The translations under genes were made by a program, and so were the position numbers. A DNA stretch of 64,000 bases, taken from the NCBI GenBank assembly GCA_963837175.1, contig CAWIMJ010000008.1:1-64000 (forward strand), written 5' to 3'. Shown here one piece after another: positions 1 through 11,794 of this stretch (position 1 is its first letter; the number at the start of each line of letters is the position of its first letter). This stretch comes from an uncultured Nitrososphaeraceae archaeon. Its GTDB lineage: Archaea; Thermoproteota; Nitrososphaeria; Nitrososphaerales; Nitrososphaeraceae. The notes under the pieces were generated by a model. The model was not told where the DNA came from, ran no database searches, and worked only from the letters and a program-made list of their open reading frames with translations.

Positions 1-211
1 TGCTTATCTTTTCAAGATCTTCGTAAAAATTACTTTTATCATATTCCCATGATTCCCATGAATAAGGAATTCTCAGCATAAAAATACTATTTTTAGAGAA
101 TATTTGGAATGAATCTTCTATATAATCCTGAGGAGGAGTAGAAGTTCTTCTGTTTTGATAAGCAGAAGACTCAAATCCCTGAAAATTTACACCTATGTTG
201 TTATTGATCAT
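1..211 (-). CDS. Glycoside hydrolase family 5 (cellulase-like) protein, N-terminal part, runs off window
   Basis: Hand translation from ATG at 211: MINNNIGVNFQGFESSAYQNRR...DYIEDSFQIFSKNSIFMLRIPYSWESWE. GVN..G and RIP..WE are typical GH5 N-terminal motifs; open to window edge. Confidence 0.6.
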   Translation of the reverse strand, partial: MINNNIGVNFQGFESSAYQNRRTSTPPQDYIEDSFQIFSKNSIFMLRIPYSWESWEYDKSNFYEDLEKIS

Positions 212-456
212 TATTTGAAGAAAATATAGAGTGATGATTAATATTCATTCATTATTAAAAATAAATCAACTATGGTTTGTTGGGAAGGTTCTCATATATC
301 GGCTTTAAGATATACACAATCCTATATGCTCCATTTGTAGTATGGAAATATGTTTACAGGAATTAAATCCTATGGTTTTTCAACAGTCACGAATACTACA
401 CTTACAATATAAAATTTACCAACTATTAAATTTAATATTACGTATTACATTATTGG

Positions 457-1218
457 ATGTTTGAAGGAAGTTCTTATAACAGTCGTATTGATTGGAATGA
501 AGTTCTAAAGAAAAAAGCAAGAGGAATTAATGATGAAATCTTGGGAGAAGTAAGAAAAGTTACTCAAGATTATGTTTTAGTAGAAAAAGGAGTATTAAAC
601 AAAGAAAAATTATACCTTCCATGCGATTTAGCAATTGGCTATGACAATAATACTCTGATATTCAATATAACTGCAGAAGAAGCAAAGAATAAATTTTTGA
701 GGGATTCACCGCCAGTATTTTCACAATCACAATTCATGGGAAAAGATGCTACAATTGCTGATGACCTAGTCATTATTCCAGTAATGGCTGAAAGATTAGA
801 CGTATCTAAAAATACATATACACAAGAAGCAAAAATAATAAAAGAATCTATAACAGAGACAAAGATAACTGAAGTTCCACTTGTGCATGATGAACTATAC
901 ATTGAAACAAGACCGATAAGCGAGGAAGAACAAGCCTCTACAGCAAAAGAATATCAAACAGAGACATCATCAGTTCAAACAGACATTCCAACAGCAGAAG
1001 AAGAACAAGAGGTTGCCACGCTTTTTCTAAGATTTGAAGTACCAGAAGTTTCTAAACATCCCTATCTTAAAGAAGAAATTATAGTTAAAAAGAAATCTAT
1101 AACAGAGACAAAGAAAATCAGCCAGCAGGTGAGAAGTGAAAAAGTATATGTTGAAGGAGCACAAGAAGAAATAAAAAAAGACGATGATGAGGATGAAGCT
1201 AATAGGAGTTCGATATAA
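457..1218 (+). CDS. YsnF/AvaK (DUF2382) domain stress protein with N-terminal PRC-barrel-like domain
   Basis: IPVMAERLDVSK, EVPLVHDELYIETRP, KEEIIVKKK..TETKKISQQVRSE motifs; N-terminal KKARG...LGEV..V...YVLVEKG. Confidence 0.8.
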   Translation: MFEGSSYNSRIDWNEVLKKKARGINDEILGEVRKVTQDYVLVEKGVLNKEKLYLPCDLAIGYDNNTLIFNITAEEAKNKFLRDSPPVFSQSQFMGKDATIADDLVIIPVMAERLDVSKNTYTQEAKIIKESITETKITEVPLVHDELYIETRPISEEEQASTAKEYQTETSSVQTDIPTAEEEQEVATLFLRFEVPEVSKHPYLKEEIIVKKKSITETKKISQQVRSEKVYVEGAQEEIKKDDDEDEANRSSI

Positions 1219-1934
1219 TGTAATAAGACTTTCTTGTTGTTGTTAACAAATTCTTTTCTGGATTTATATTTTTACTAGATACAAAATTAAAACATTTATT
1301 AATTAAAGACAAAACAAGTTCCTACTACCTTGGAAAAACAGATTAATAAAAGTTGTCTCCTAGTACGCCAGCAGAAGAGCATTAAATTATTGAACGAATA
1401 AAGTCTATTTTATAAAGTATCAATTCCACTGGGAGATATGGATAGTACCAACGAAGATTATAAATCCCATGGTAAGATAAAAGACACCAACGATACTAAC
1501 AACAATAACAATAACACAGGAGAAAAAGCAATATCGACAACATCAAAAACTAAGAATAACTTGGGAGATTATAAGGGTTATTTTATGAGTGTTAGACCCC
1601 CAAAGATTAACTATTCTACCATTATAATCAAACCATCATCTAGTAGGAGCAGCAGCAGACGGGAAAAAAGGAACCTTATCTGACAAGGCAAAAGATGTTG
1701 AAGAGTCCATTAAACGTAGTCTACATATACATTAGAAAGGTGATAAAAGATAACAAAATTAGAGATTTACCTGTACTCCAGTTCAAAAATGTTCTTTATT
1801 ATAGCTGCTTAAGTGGGATGATTAATTACATAAACCATGCGCTGCAGATATATGTTTATTCAAATACGAGTTATCTAATTATTATAAATCATGATCTCTA
1901 ATATCTATTATAGTAGGAGTTAATAGCATATAAA

Positions 1935-2675
1935 ATGACAAGATTAAGAAAAGATAGCAAGAAAAAACTGCCAAAAAATAACGACATTACCAGTATCAAT
2001 ACAGACTATTCTAATAACAATGATAATACTAGCATAACAAACAGTCCTAGTAATCTTTCTGCAAAAACTGTCAAAATTATTCCAGTTATCGAGGAAAATT
2101 TTGATTTATCAAAAAGAACAATTGTCCAAGAAACAAAGATCGTAAAACGTCTGGCTACCAAAACTGAAAAAATTGAAGTACCACTAATATATGAAGAAGT
2201 ATATGTTAATGATAAAAAGCTCAATATATATGACAAAGGGAGAGAAGGAATACTGTCAAAATTAAAAGATACGGTTGCACATAGCATTTCTGATGGTGAT
2301 AGCAATATAGAATATCACTATCCTCATTCTTCTCCTGATTCTCCTGATCTCTCTTCCACTTCAAATCTTTCTGCTGGAAATTCAAGGAGTCAAAAACCCC
2401 TTTATGATGATGATTACAATATAGAAGGGGAATTATTACCATTGATCGAAGGACAAGAACAAGATGGGACTGAAAAAATAGTGCCTATTTGGGGAGAAGA
2501 GATAATTGTTAGCAAAAGGAAAATAAAGTTAGGCGAAATTATAATTCGTAAGAGAAGAATTATTGAAAATAAGAAAATTGATGTTGATATCAAGAAAGAA
2601 AAGGTAATAGTAGAATACCCTAATGGGGTTAAGGAGCAACTAACAGGTACAACCGCATCATCATCATCATCATAA
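1935..2675 (+). CDS. YsnF/AvaK (DUF2382) domain protein
   Basis: IPVIEENFDLSKR, IEVPLIYEEVYV, PIWGEEIIVSKRK..LGEIIIRKR motifs. Confidence 0.8.
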   Translation: MTRLRKDSKKKLPKNNDITSINTDYSNNNDNTSITNSPSNLSAKTVKIIPVIEENFDLSKRTIVQETKIVKRLATKTEKIEVPLIYEEVYVNDKKLNIYDKGREGILSKLKDTVAHSISDGDSNIEYHYPHSSPDSPDLSSTSNLSAGNSRSQKPLYDDDYNIEGELLPLIEGQEQDGTEKIVPIWGEEIIVSKRKIKLGEIIIRKRRIIENKKIDVDIKKEKVIVEYPNGVKEQLTGTTASSSSS

Positions 2676-2809
2676 GTAAGTTTAGCAGTACAGCAAAAAT
2701 ACATTTGGAATACAATCGTTCTATTATGGGAAATAAGAAGTCTTTTTAAGATTGGAGCTGTCTAATAAAAAACTACAAGTATTAAATTTCATATACGCTT
2801 TATATTCTT

Positions 2810-3479
2810 ATGTCAAATGAACAGGATATCAATTGGGATGATGTAATAAAGAAAGAAGCAAGAGGAATAAATAATGAAGTACTAGGCGAGGTACAAGAAG
2901 TTGGAGATACATATGTGTTAGTGCAAAAGGGATTTATAAACAAAGAAAAATTTTATGTTCCACAAAATGAGGTAGAGAGCTATGATGGCAATACATTAAG
3001 ATTTAAACTATCAGAAGAAGAAATAAAGAGCAAATATTCTAGAGATTCTCCTCCGTCACTTACTACAAATACAGAGAAGGATCATGAAGAAGAGGAATCT
3101 GAATCAACCCGTGTTCCATTAATAGAAGAAAGGCTAAATATTTCTAAAAGGGACGTCACATACAAGGAAGCCACTTTAACAAAAGAACCAGTGACTGAGA
3201 CAAAGACGGTTGAAGTACCATTAACTCATGAAGAATTAGTAGTTGAGAGAAGGCCTGCAAGTGAGAGGTACTACCTCTGCAAGTGGTTTAAAACCACCCG
3301 TTACATCAAAAGAAGAAATAAAGATCCCATTAAAAAAAGAAGAGATAGAAGTCATAAAGCAGCCCTATGTCAAAGAAGAAGTTGTTCTCAAAAAGAGACA
3401 TGTAACAGAAACGAAAACAATTACTGAAGAAGTGAAAAGTGAAAGATTAACAGATACAGATACTGTGGAAAACATGTAG
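2810..3479 (+). pseudogene. YsnF/DUF2382 protein with PRC-like N-terminus, frameshifted near 3265
   Basis: ORF 2810-3427 (paralog of 457-1218) continues in ORF 3243-3479 (IPLKKEEIEVIKQPYVKEEVV...TEEVKSE). Confidence 0.8.
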
Positions 3480-3677
3480 AATAAAAATTAGGAGCAGAAA
3501 AGTGTCAATTCAAAGATGAAAAATCATTGTAAATAAAAAAAGAAAAAGAAAGTTACGAGGCATCAAACAAAATATATCTCTATATTATCATGATGGAAGT
3601 ATTTATAAAATCCTAAATGCGAAAGTGGGAATATATTCTAAAATTGCTAATAATATTTTTTTATATAGAACAATGCA

Positions 3678-4114
3678 ATGAATCTAGACAATCTGGCAGG
3701 TATGTTTTCTCAGAGAAGTGGGGTTCAGCAATCTATGGGCAACTCTATAATGAGTACGATAATTGGATTTATGGCACAAAAGATGATGGGACGAGGAATA
3801 GGAAGTATACTATCTGGTGGTGGCAGTAGTAGTAGTTCAGATGGTATACAGTCTATGTTGTCAGGGGTCTAGTAGGAGGAGGACTCAACCATGATCATGA
3901 GCTAGTAAGACATGTACAACAAAATGCTGGAATACAAGATCCCGAGACAGCTAGACAATACATCCAACAAGGAGTGGATATACTAAACGAACAATCTAGA
4001 AGGAATCCACAGGGATTGCAATCCTTATTAGGTGGTTTTCTAGGAGGAGGAGGGCAGCAAAAGAAAGATGGTGGTGGGCTCGGTGGAATGTTAGGCGATG
4101 TTCTGGGTGGCTAA
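3678..4114 (+). pseudogene. Gly-rich protein (DUF937/YidB-like), frameshifted near 3866
   Basis: After ORF 3678-3872 another frame reads LVGGGLNHDHELVRHVQQNAGIQDPETARQYIQQGVDILNEQ...GGLGGMLGDVLGG* (stop 4112-4114). Confidence 0.6.
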
Positions 4115-5519
4115 AAGATAGATATAGATACGAGTTGTTTTTTTATTCATTTTCAGTTTTATAAGTGCAATGGGTTTTGGATGTTATAGATTTTAATGAC
4201 GCGCTGGAAACCACCTTGATATTCCTTTAGGTGGTAGTACAGATAACCTTACAATATGTTGTTTTTGTTTGTTGAGTATCTATCTTAATATCCAAACCAC
4301 TATGGCTGAACGAAAATAGCAAATACGTTTCAATGTTATCACTATCTGAGTATTAGGATGATAATTGAATTGCACTATATCGTTTGTATTAATTCTTTTT
4401 CAGTCTCCTTTCCAAAATTTGCATGCGAAGGTCACCAGAATGTACTAAATTGACATGTATGTTAAGTTCTTTTAATAGTCGTTGAAGCATCGGCTTGTTG
4501 CTATGATCCATTATACTTCTCTTGCTTAAGTCAGATTTGTCTAACTTGGCATAACTACGCTCAACCGTATTTAATAAAATATTTGATCTACTAAAGGTAT
4601 AACGATGCTGAAATCTATTAGTTGAAGGATCATAAACTTATATCCATAAATCTAATTACAAGACGAAAATATTATATTTACTTTAAATAATAGGTATAAT
4701 AAAGTGAAATTCGAAAAGCTGGAATTTTAAAGCAAAAAAGCAAATGAAGCTTATTCTCTCGATTCATTACGATAATTCATTGCTATTGATTTTAGTCGTA
4801 TCGTATGTTATATTTTTTAATCGTGATAAACCAATCATATATGCACACCCTACTGAAAATAACAATAATAATACTCCTCTAACTGCTGCAGCTGATAACA
4901 TTTCCAATAACTTCAAAGAGAGGCCATTCAACTTTGCGAAGCAATTTGAATATACAATTTGGAAATTTCTAAAGACAGTTCTCAAACGACAAATTCCATT
5001 CCTTCCTTATTTGTGGTACTATAACCGGTTTAATTATGACATATTACTATGGCTTTTTATTTAGTATTATCATAAACAGTGCTATTTGGATGTTTATCTC
5101 TTTTATTGTCAATAAGTATTATTAGAAGTCAACAGGATTTAAAGATGAGAAGTATCTTATGCACTATGCAGTATCAAAGCTTAATTCTAGGTCAAGAAGA
5201 GCATAGCATAATCTAAGCAGACTTATTACTTGTGATTAGAATGTTCATTATAGAGCATCTTTCGCAAAGGCTTAGTGAATGTAGAAACATATGCGATGCT
5301 TATTTCTGTGTCTTCTGGCATTTTTATTATAGCTTAACTGCAAAATGGTTCTTTATAAGATATAGACAGATCTTAATCACAGGATAAAAAATCTATCAAT
5401 TAAGAAAATTGGCGTATGTATTGGCCTCACATATTCTCCGAATATTAGCCCGTATATCTATTGTCATCCTATTAATTCGATTATTTAGTTAGTGGAGCGG
5501 TATATGTGTAACTGCAATC

Positions 5520-5765
5520 TCATGGAGTTGATACTGGCAGTTGTTCCATGTGGTTATTGTGACAGATAGGACACCTAATAATGGATAATTCACCGAAGTT
5601 AAGGTATGAGGCACACCAAAAACATGAAGGACACAATAGGAAATCTACTCGTTTATCAGTGTTAGCAGGAAAAATGTGATTTGTTTTGCTTCCATCTTCA
5701 ATGCTAGATAAAGTGGCTTTCCTCAGTACATCATACTCTTTATCTATTAGCATTTGATAGTTCAT
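5520..5765 (-). CDS. Small CxxC...CxxC zinc-ribbon protein
   Basis: FLLCPSCFWCAS...RCPICH. Confidence 0.6.
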   Translation of the reverse strand: MNYQMLIDKEYDVLRKATLSSIEDGSKTNHIFPANTDKRVDFLLCPSCFWCASYLNFGELSIIRCPICHNNHMEQLPVSTP

Positions 5766-6152
5766 AAAGATTAAAAGATCATAATCGTTAGCATATTATT
5801 TAAAGTATACAGTCATCAAAACTCAATGCCTTTGTCAAGATCTGTATACGCCTAACCAAATTATGTATATTGTATCTTAGGTATCAGGGATCGTAGCCGT
5901 TATCCGAGTTTTATCGCACGAGCCTAGCCTAGTGTCTTTTTTTGCTTTTGCTAACTGCCTGTTTCTATTACTCAAATATTTGTGTTGTCTACATAATGCA
6001 GTAATAGAAGATAAAGGTATGTGATAAGTCCTCTTCTAAAGGGGATTACAAAAGCATACCAAGGGCGTTATATCCCCTCTTATGATTTCTCTATTTCGGC
6101 TTGTATGTATGGTTTATGCAAATCTTTTGCAATATTATTTCTTATTCACTTG

Positions 6153-6541
6153 TCAAAGAGTTGCGCCTGTTTGTTGCAGCAAATTTAATTGATCTATTAC
6201 GTCCCTGTGTTCAGCAATTTTTCATTTTCTATTCTATATAGGTCTGCAGATCTTATGTATACATTTTTGTTTGTTGGCGGCATTCATTGAAATTCTCCTT
6301 TATGTGTACCAGTAAAATTAAGGAATACTACTACAATGTCATTTTCTACCACTATATGTTCTATTTTTGCCTGGATATCAGGGAACGGCTTAAATTGCAC
6401 TCTTAAGGATTGCTTGAATGCTTCACTTCCTATCATCAGAGGATTCTCCATAGCAAAATATTTTTTAATTACTGATATGTCGTAGTTATTGAAAACTCCT
6501 TCCACAAACTATTTAACAAGAGCCTTATTCGTTGAAGACAT
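6153..6541 (-). pseudogene. SnoaL-like ester cyclase pseudogene
   Basis: MSSTNKALVK*FVEGVFN...FPDIQAKIEHIVVENDIVVVFLNFTGTHKGEFQ*MPPTNK...SADLYRIEN..AEHRDVIDQL; two in-frame stops and one frameshift. Confidence 0.8.
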
Positions 6542-6649
6542 ATTGTATTCCATATGTTTACAGATAATTTATCTCTTGCATTACCTAAGGTATACCTTTG
6601 GGACAATAATGTTCTTTCTAATAGGAACACAGTACGTAAATGATTGAGG

Positions 6650-6930
6650 GGTATTTTATCGCTGAATTTAGCATACTCTTTTGCTTTCTTTAAAGGATCA
6701 TTGATTTGATTTATTCCCATATTAATATACAATTTAAGCTTTGAGCTGAGGAAAACAAATGAAGCGAAATTATGCTTATGACGGAAACCAATATATGATT
6801 TGGTTGTCCTCATCTCAATATCATTACCCAATGCAAGTATTGCAGATTTTAATTCAGAGTATAATTCTTTGACGTTATCATCAAATCCGTTTGAATGGTC
6901 TTCTGTGTATACTTTTATCTCCTCAGTTAC
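6650..6930 (-). pseudogene. DUF5655-like C-terminal domain remnant
   Basis: EEIKVYTEDH../VKELYSELKSAILALGNDIEMRTTKSYIGFR...KLKLYINMGINQINDPLKKAK resembles the DUF5655 domain appended to restriction/nuclease-type proteins. Confidence 0.5.
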
Positions 6931-6957
6931 CTTTTTTTATGGTGTGCATAATATAAC

Positions 6958-7587
6958 ATGCAAAAGATTGGTGATAAAATAGTCTATAACACTATTGACG
7001 AAATCCTAGATCCTTCGCATACAGCATTGGTGGCATGGGATGTACAACGCGCATTGACAAAAATGATTTTTAATAAAGAAGAATTTAGTAGCAATCTCAA
7101 TTCAATTGTGGAATTGGCACGCAAATCAAACATTCCGATATTCTTTACATCAATTCAAATGCTATCAAAACGATTTGAATCTTCAGCAATCATATACACT
7201 CTTGGTAAACTAGGATTTGACCGCTTATTCGAGCAGTTTACGACTGAAGATATGGATTATATAATAAAACCCAAACAAGATGAAATAATAATAAATAAAC
7301 ATACAGCAAGTATATTCATAGACACAGGCTTTGAGCGCATGCTTAGAAGTGCTGGTATCGTTAGTATAGTGTTTACAGGTATTGCTACAGAATTTGGAGT
7401 AGAGTCTAGCGCTAGGGATGCCTTCAACAGAGGATTCTATCCTGTAGTAGTTTCAGATTGTGTGTCTTCGCCATATAAAGATGGACATGACAGATCACTT
7501 GAAAACATGAAGAATTTAATAACCATTATGAATTCAAAAGAGATTGAGAATATTTGGTTAAAACTTCGCGGGAAAAGGAGCATTTAA
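6958..7587 (+). CDS. Isochorismatase/cysteine hydrolase family protein (YecD-like)
   Basis: TALVAWDVQ, IINKHTASIF, TGIATEFGVESSARDA motifs. Confidence 0.85.
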   Translation: MQKIGDKIVYNTIDEILDPSHTALVAWDVQRALTKMIFNKEEFSSNLNSIVELARKSNIPIFFTSIQMLSKRFESSAIIYTLGKLGFDRLFEQFTTEDMDYIIKPKQDEIIINKHTASIFIDTGFERMLRSAGIVSIVFTGIATEFGVESSARDAFNRGFYPVVVSDCVSSPYKDGHDRSLENMKNLITIMNSKEIENIWLKLRGKRSI

Positions 7588-8062
7588 TTTCCTTCTTTAA
7601 ATTATTTTTTTATTCTATACTGCCTAACATAATTTCGTATATCTTTTAAAACCAAGTAAAAGGATTTTTTAAACATAGTAAACCTTACATATTAAGAAAA
7701 ATCTGTAAACAAACTTTTGTTAGTTAGTATAGAAAAATAATTCACAGTAGTAGCTATAAAAATTTAATTCACAGGTTCGGTGGGATGCAATACACTGGTG
7801 TATGTAATCCACTTGCGCAATGTAAAATGATTTAGTCTAAGATGATTATTCTAATTTGTTTTAACCTGAGGTATAGTTCGTCTAAAATTAAGCTCAAATT
7901 TATTTAAACAAAGTTTATAGTGCTTAATAGGATCCATCGAATGCATATAGATTATATGGATTGAAATTGTTTAGATAAATTGCTATATAGATAGATTACC
8001 TAATTGCTATATGATCTTTTGAGTGATCCCTACAATATTCCTCCAACATAAGCAACTTTATT

Positions 8063-8096
8063 TATTGGAGCTAACTTTTAGAAGTTAGCTCCAATA
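8063..8096. terminator. Perfect 15-bp stem hairpin downstream of SDR gene
   Basis: tattggagctaactt-ttag-aagttagctccaata, about 20 bp past the 8115 stop. Confidence 0.5.
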
Positions 8097-8114
8097 GATT
8101 TCATATATGATACC

Positions 8115-9032
8115 TTAAACCCTATTTTCTAATAGATCTTTCTTTAACAATTTATGATATTCGCTATCGGTCAATTCTCTTTTTAATTTTGAATACTTTT
8201 TAGCATCGCTACCAACAGGAACTCTTAAGAAAGGACCTACCTTCTTCTCGTTTGAAACCTTTTCTATTGCTTGTATAATTTCATTTGCTACAATCTTAGG
8301 ATGAGGAGCATTGATCATTGCAGAATAATAAAATGACAAAAACTTTTCTATTGTATTATTGTAGTAAGATAATGAATTATTATCCCTATTAACTGCTTTC
8401 TGAACGGCTTGTCTATTCTTATTGATATTATACTTGTCTGGAACAACCAAATCTTCTACAAATCCTGTATTGATTACACTAGGTTCAATAAGTATTGTCT
8501 TTATTCCATAGGTTTCCACTTCAAAAGACAAAGACTCACTCAAACCTTCAAGTGCAAATTTTGTACTAACATACACTGACTGAGAAGGAATTCCTGCCAA
8601 GCCTGATATGGAGCTGATGTTAATTATTATTCCATACCTTTGAGATCTCATTATTGGAAGAACATTTTGTGATACTCTTATTACACCAAAAACGTTTGTT
8701 TCATATTGTCTTTTTATCTCTTCCATGGGCAAGTCTTCTAATGCTCCAAAAAGACCGTATCCTGCATTATTTACAAGAACATCAATTCTATTTCTTTCTC
8801 TAATTATTCTCTTTATTGTCGTTTTTACTGAATTGTCATTATTAACATCCATTTCAACAATTCTTATAGGAAGATTTTCTTGTTGTGTGATTCTTTCTAT
8901 TTCTTTAGATTTTTGTGTATTTCTCATTGTGGCATATGTAAAATAACCATTACGAGCAAGTATTAATGAAGTCTCAAATCCTATGCCTGTTGAACTTCCT
9001 GTAATAACTGCTACTTTTTGATTTTTAGACAT
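8115..9032 (-). CDS. Short-chain dehydrogenase/reductase (classical SDR)
   Basis: TGSSTGIG, NNAG, YxxxK (YVSTK). Confidence 0.92.
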   Translation of the reverse strand: MSKNQKVAVITGSSTGIGFETSLILARNGYFTYATMRNTQKSKEIERITQQENLPIRIVEMDVNNDNSVKTTIKRIIRERNRIDVLVNNAGYGLFGALEDLPMEEIKRQYETNVFGVIRVSQNVLPIMRSQRYGIIINISSISGLAGIPSQSVYVSTKFALEGLSESLSFEVETYGIKTILIEPSVINTGFVEDLVVPDKYNINKNRQAVQKAVNRDNNSLSYYNNTIEKFLSFYYSAMINAPHPKIVANEIIQAIEKVSNEKKVGPFLRVPVGSDAKKYSKLKRELTDSEYHKLLKKDLLENRV

Positions 9033-9530
9033 TTCTTATTTGTTCAGTAAATGGCAAGTAAATATGGTTTTATGTTTGGAAAAGAAATCAGTAATGATGT
9101 GCAACGACCTAAAAGAGCCTAATACACATGCATTGCTTTGAATTGAATATAGTATTAATAAAACTAATTTGAAAAATCATATATAAGATTATTGACCCTA
9201 TTGTCGGCTGTGTTTACTTACCACTGAATCTATAGCTTCAGACACTCTTTATCTCTTGTATTGATACTTACAAAAAGAAATAGGATGTCTGATGAGACCA
9301 TAATAATATAAGTCTGATATTTCTATCACAAACATCTTCTATTCATAATAGATTAAAATTGTGACCGCTATTATAATTAGATAGAAAATCTTGGTAGCTA
9401 ATCTGCCCACAGAGATAAATTGAAATTTATCAACATCTACTAACCCTTTGTCTGTCAACTTCAAAGAAGGTATTACATGCAGTGATAGTTTTGAGTGTAG
9501 AATGTTGTTGAAGTATCATATTTAGAAGCA

Positions 9531-9579
9531 CATATACATATACATACATATACATACATATACATACATATACATACAT
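9531..9579. repeat. (TACATACATA)n minisatellite, about 5 units
   Basis: Directly visible tandem repeat. Confidence 0.9.
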
Positions 9580-9774
9580 CTTTACATTCACCTCCTGAAT
9601 CAAATTTGACATCATTTTTAAGATTTGCCATTATTATTATCATTATTTTATCAATAAGACCATACTTTTTAATCTCTTTGAACATGAAAATATAGAAAGA
9701 AGAGTACATTATAGATTTACAATTATTATTCTCATTTATGATTTATAAATTTGTGTCACTCTCTTATATTTAAG

Positions 9775-10421
9775 ATGAAAGAGAAAAAGAAGGAAGGGTC
9801 AGTAGCATTGTCAATTGTAACTACAATTGCAATATTTCTATTAATCACCATATTAATAATAATCATGCTCTATATGGTACAACAAAATAGTATTGCTCAA
9901 GTCCAAAATAATAATAATAATAATCTTCATCGTCGTCGTCGTCTACTATTACCACCAACAATACTATAAATACTAAAAATACACCAAACTCTATATCTTT
10001 ATTTCTAGCAAAAGGATATGTAAATGGTAAAATTGCATTTTTTATCGCAACTGATGCATCTGATAATCAAACTGCAGCTTCGATAACCAAAAATCCAGGA
10101 TTTAAAGTAAATTTTGCCCCAGCTTTAGCGTTGTCTCTAGAATCAACCCGTCAACAAGGTTATGAATTCATAAATGGTGTTAGAGGAGAAGGATCCTTTG
10201 GATTCCAACTTCCAGTTGCAAGCGCATTGCCTGGAGATAAAAATTACACTCCACTAGTTCAGCTAAACTTTGTAAAGTGGAATTCCAATTCTTCTTTTAC
10301 ATCTACTGTTAGTGTAAGAGAATTAAAATCTGTTGATGAAATAATGGCTGCTCAAAAAAATGGTGAGCTAACAATTGCAAAGACAAATATAGTGATAAAT
10401 AGTCCTGCAGTAGTTCGATAA
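9775..10421 (+). pseudogene. Secreted thaumarchaeal protein (DUF7482-like), frameshifted in (AAT)n tract near 9920
   Basis: Signal peptide in 9775-9969; second frame KGYVNGKIAFFIATDASD...KVNFAPALA joins ORF 10131-10421 (GFQLPV...YTPL...ELKSVDEIMAAQ..GELTI..TNIVINSP). Confidence 0.6.
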
Positions 10422-10609
10422 GATAATAAAAGGTGATTATTGTTATTCATAGGCATCAGAGTTGATTAATCATACTTGGGTTATATTGATCTGCGAGATC
10501 CCCTTTCTCGACCTTGTGGTACTTTTAATATTTTGTAATTCATTTCATCATACACTATTATCATTATAACTTAGCTGATTTGTTTGTGTTCATAGTAATG
10601 ATGATAATT

Positions 10610-10788
10610 TCCATGGTGTCATTTTCTGACCAACGAATTTGTTTGTGCAAGATATGCCGTAGGAGCTTGTTGAGCTATGGATATACATTCTTCGATCATC
10701 TCGTGTTCTACAGGACGAGTTAAGTCTAGGCGTTTACGTACTGCACGAGTGTTGTAAGTAATTCTTTAGTAGATAGTGAAAGCTGCAT
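10610..10788 (-). pseudogene. Nitroreductase N-terminal remnant
   Basis: MQLSLSTKELLTT/RAVRKRLDLTRPVEHEMIEECISIAQQAPT matches the nitroreductase FMN-binding N-terminus; frameshifted and truncated. Confidence 0.65.
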
Positions 10789-11187
10789 AAATATAGTTTA
10801 TTGATATGTCTAAAATATTTATTATTTCTTGCCGATAGATTGATATCAGAGTGGCATCTGATTAGATTAGTCATATTGACGATTCTTTTACTATTATTAA
10901 GTTGCTGGAGTTATTATATCTGATTATAATATAGACATTGATGATTATACTGTTGACGCATAAGTCCTATAGTATGAAATACACCTTTTAAATGGGTGCT
11001 ATATGGAAATGTGACTCTTGAGGACAAAGATTCTGTATCGCTAACGACTGGAAGTATGTGCCTTCTCCAAGTCACAAATTGTACCCTTGCTGTATTTGTC
11101 ACCGTAAATTTAACCATTTAACAAAGATAGGTAAAACATACAAAATGATGGATACTATAAAAAAGCAATTGTGATAATACTATATTA

Positions 11188-11661
11188 TTAATTTCCTTTT
11201 AATAAGGTATGAATTACGTTTTTAAACTCTTCATCATTCAATGGTGGAATATTTGCAATCTTCAGGTTTTGTTCAATGTGTTGTGGCTTCTTGTAACCTA
11301 TAAGCGACGCAATAACTGAAGGACTAGAGCGTATTACCTGAACCAGTTTCGTTACTTGATCAGTTAAGCCCATATAATCAGGAATCTGGGCTTTAAGCAA
11401 TCTGCTCTGAAATAATGGGATACTAGTAAATACTTTTATATTCAATTTCTCAGCAGCTTCTAGTATTGTCAAATTTTTTTCTGTACCTACATTTTGACCT
11501 TTGAGTAATAATGCTTCGCTATAAGCTAGATTATATGGTAGTTGAATAAATCTAAATCCATGTTGCTTGCCTCCTACTTTTTCAGCTAGACTAACTACTT
11601 CTTCTAAAGATAAATATTCTTTATTATCAGGAGGTACTCTAAAACAGGTCCATGTTGCCAT
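11188..11661 (-). pseudogene. Aldo/keto reductase, C-terminal half only
   Basis: GMATWTCFR, FRFIQLPYNL, TSIPLFQ, SLIGYKKPQHIEQNL; N-terminal half absent. Confidence 0.7.
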
Positions 11662-11794
11662 TCCATACTAATTTTTTGAAGTTTGATATTCTTTTCTTCT
11701 TCTTCTTATTCAACAGCTATAGATTGATTATTATCTATAAACATATCCTTATCCATAGAAACTGTATTTAGAGTAATTTCTCTGATTTCTAAGC

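Noticed and set aside
639-2704. Minus-strand hydrophobic ORFs over the DUF2382 genes
   Set aside because: Antisense shadows of Lys/Glu-rich coding sequence
9107-9119. acctaaaagagcc as another IS6 end (similar tagcagagcc near 61006)
   Set aside because: Mismatched to the TIR and no adjacent transposase sequence
9430-9709. ORFs with MYVYVC repeats
   Set aside because: Translation artefacts of the TACATACATA minisatellite
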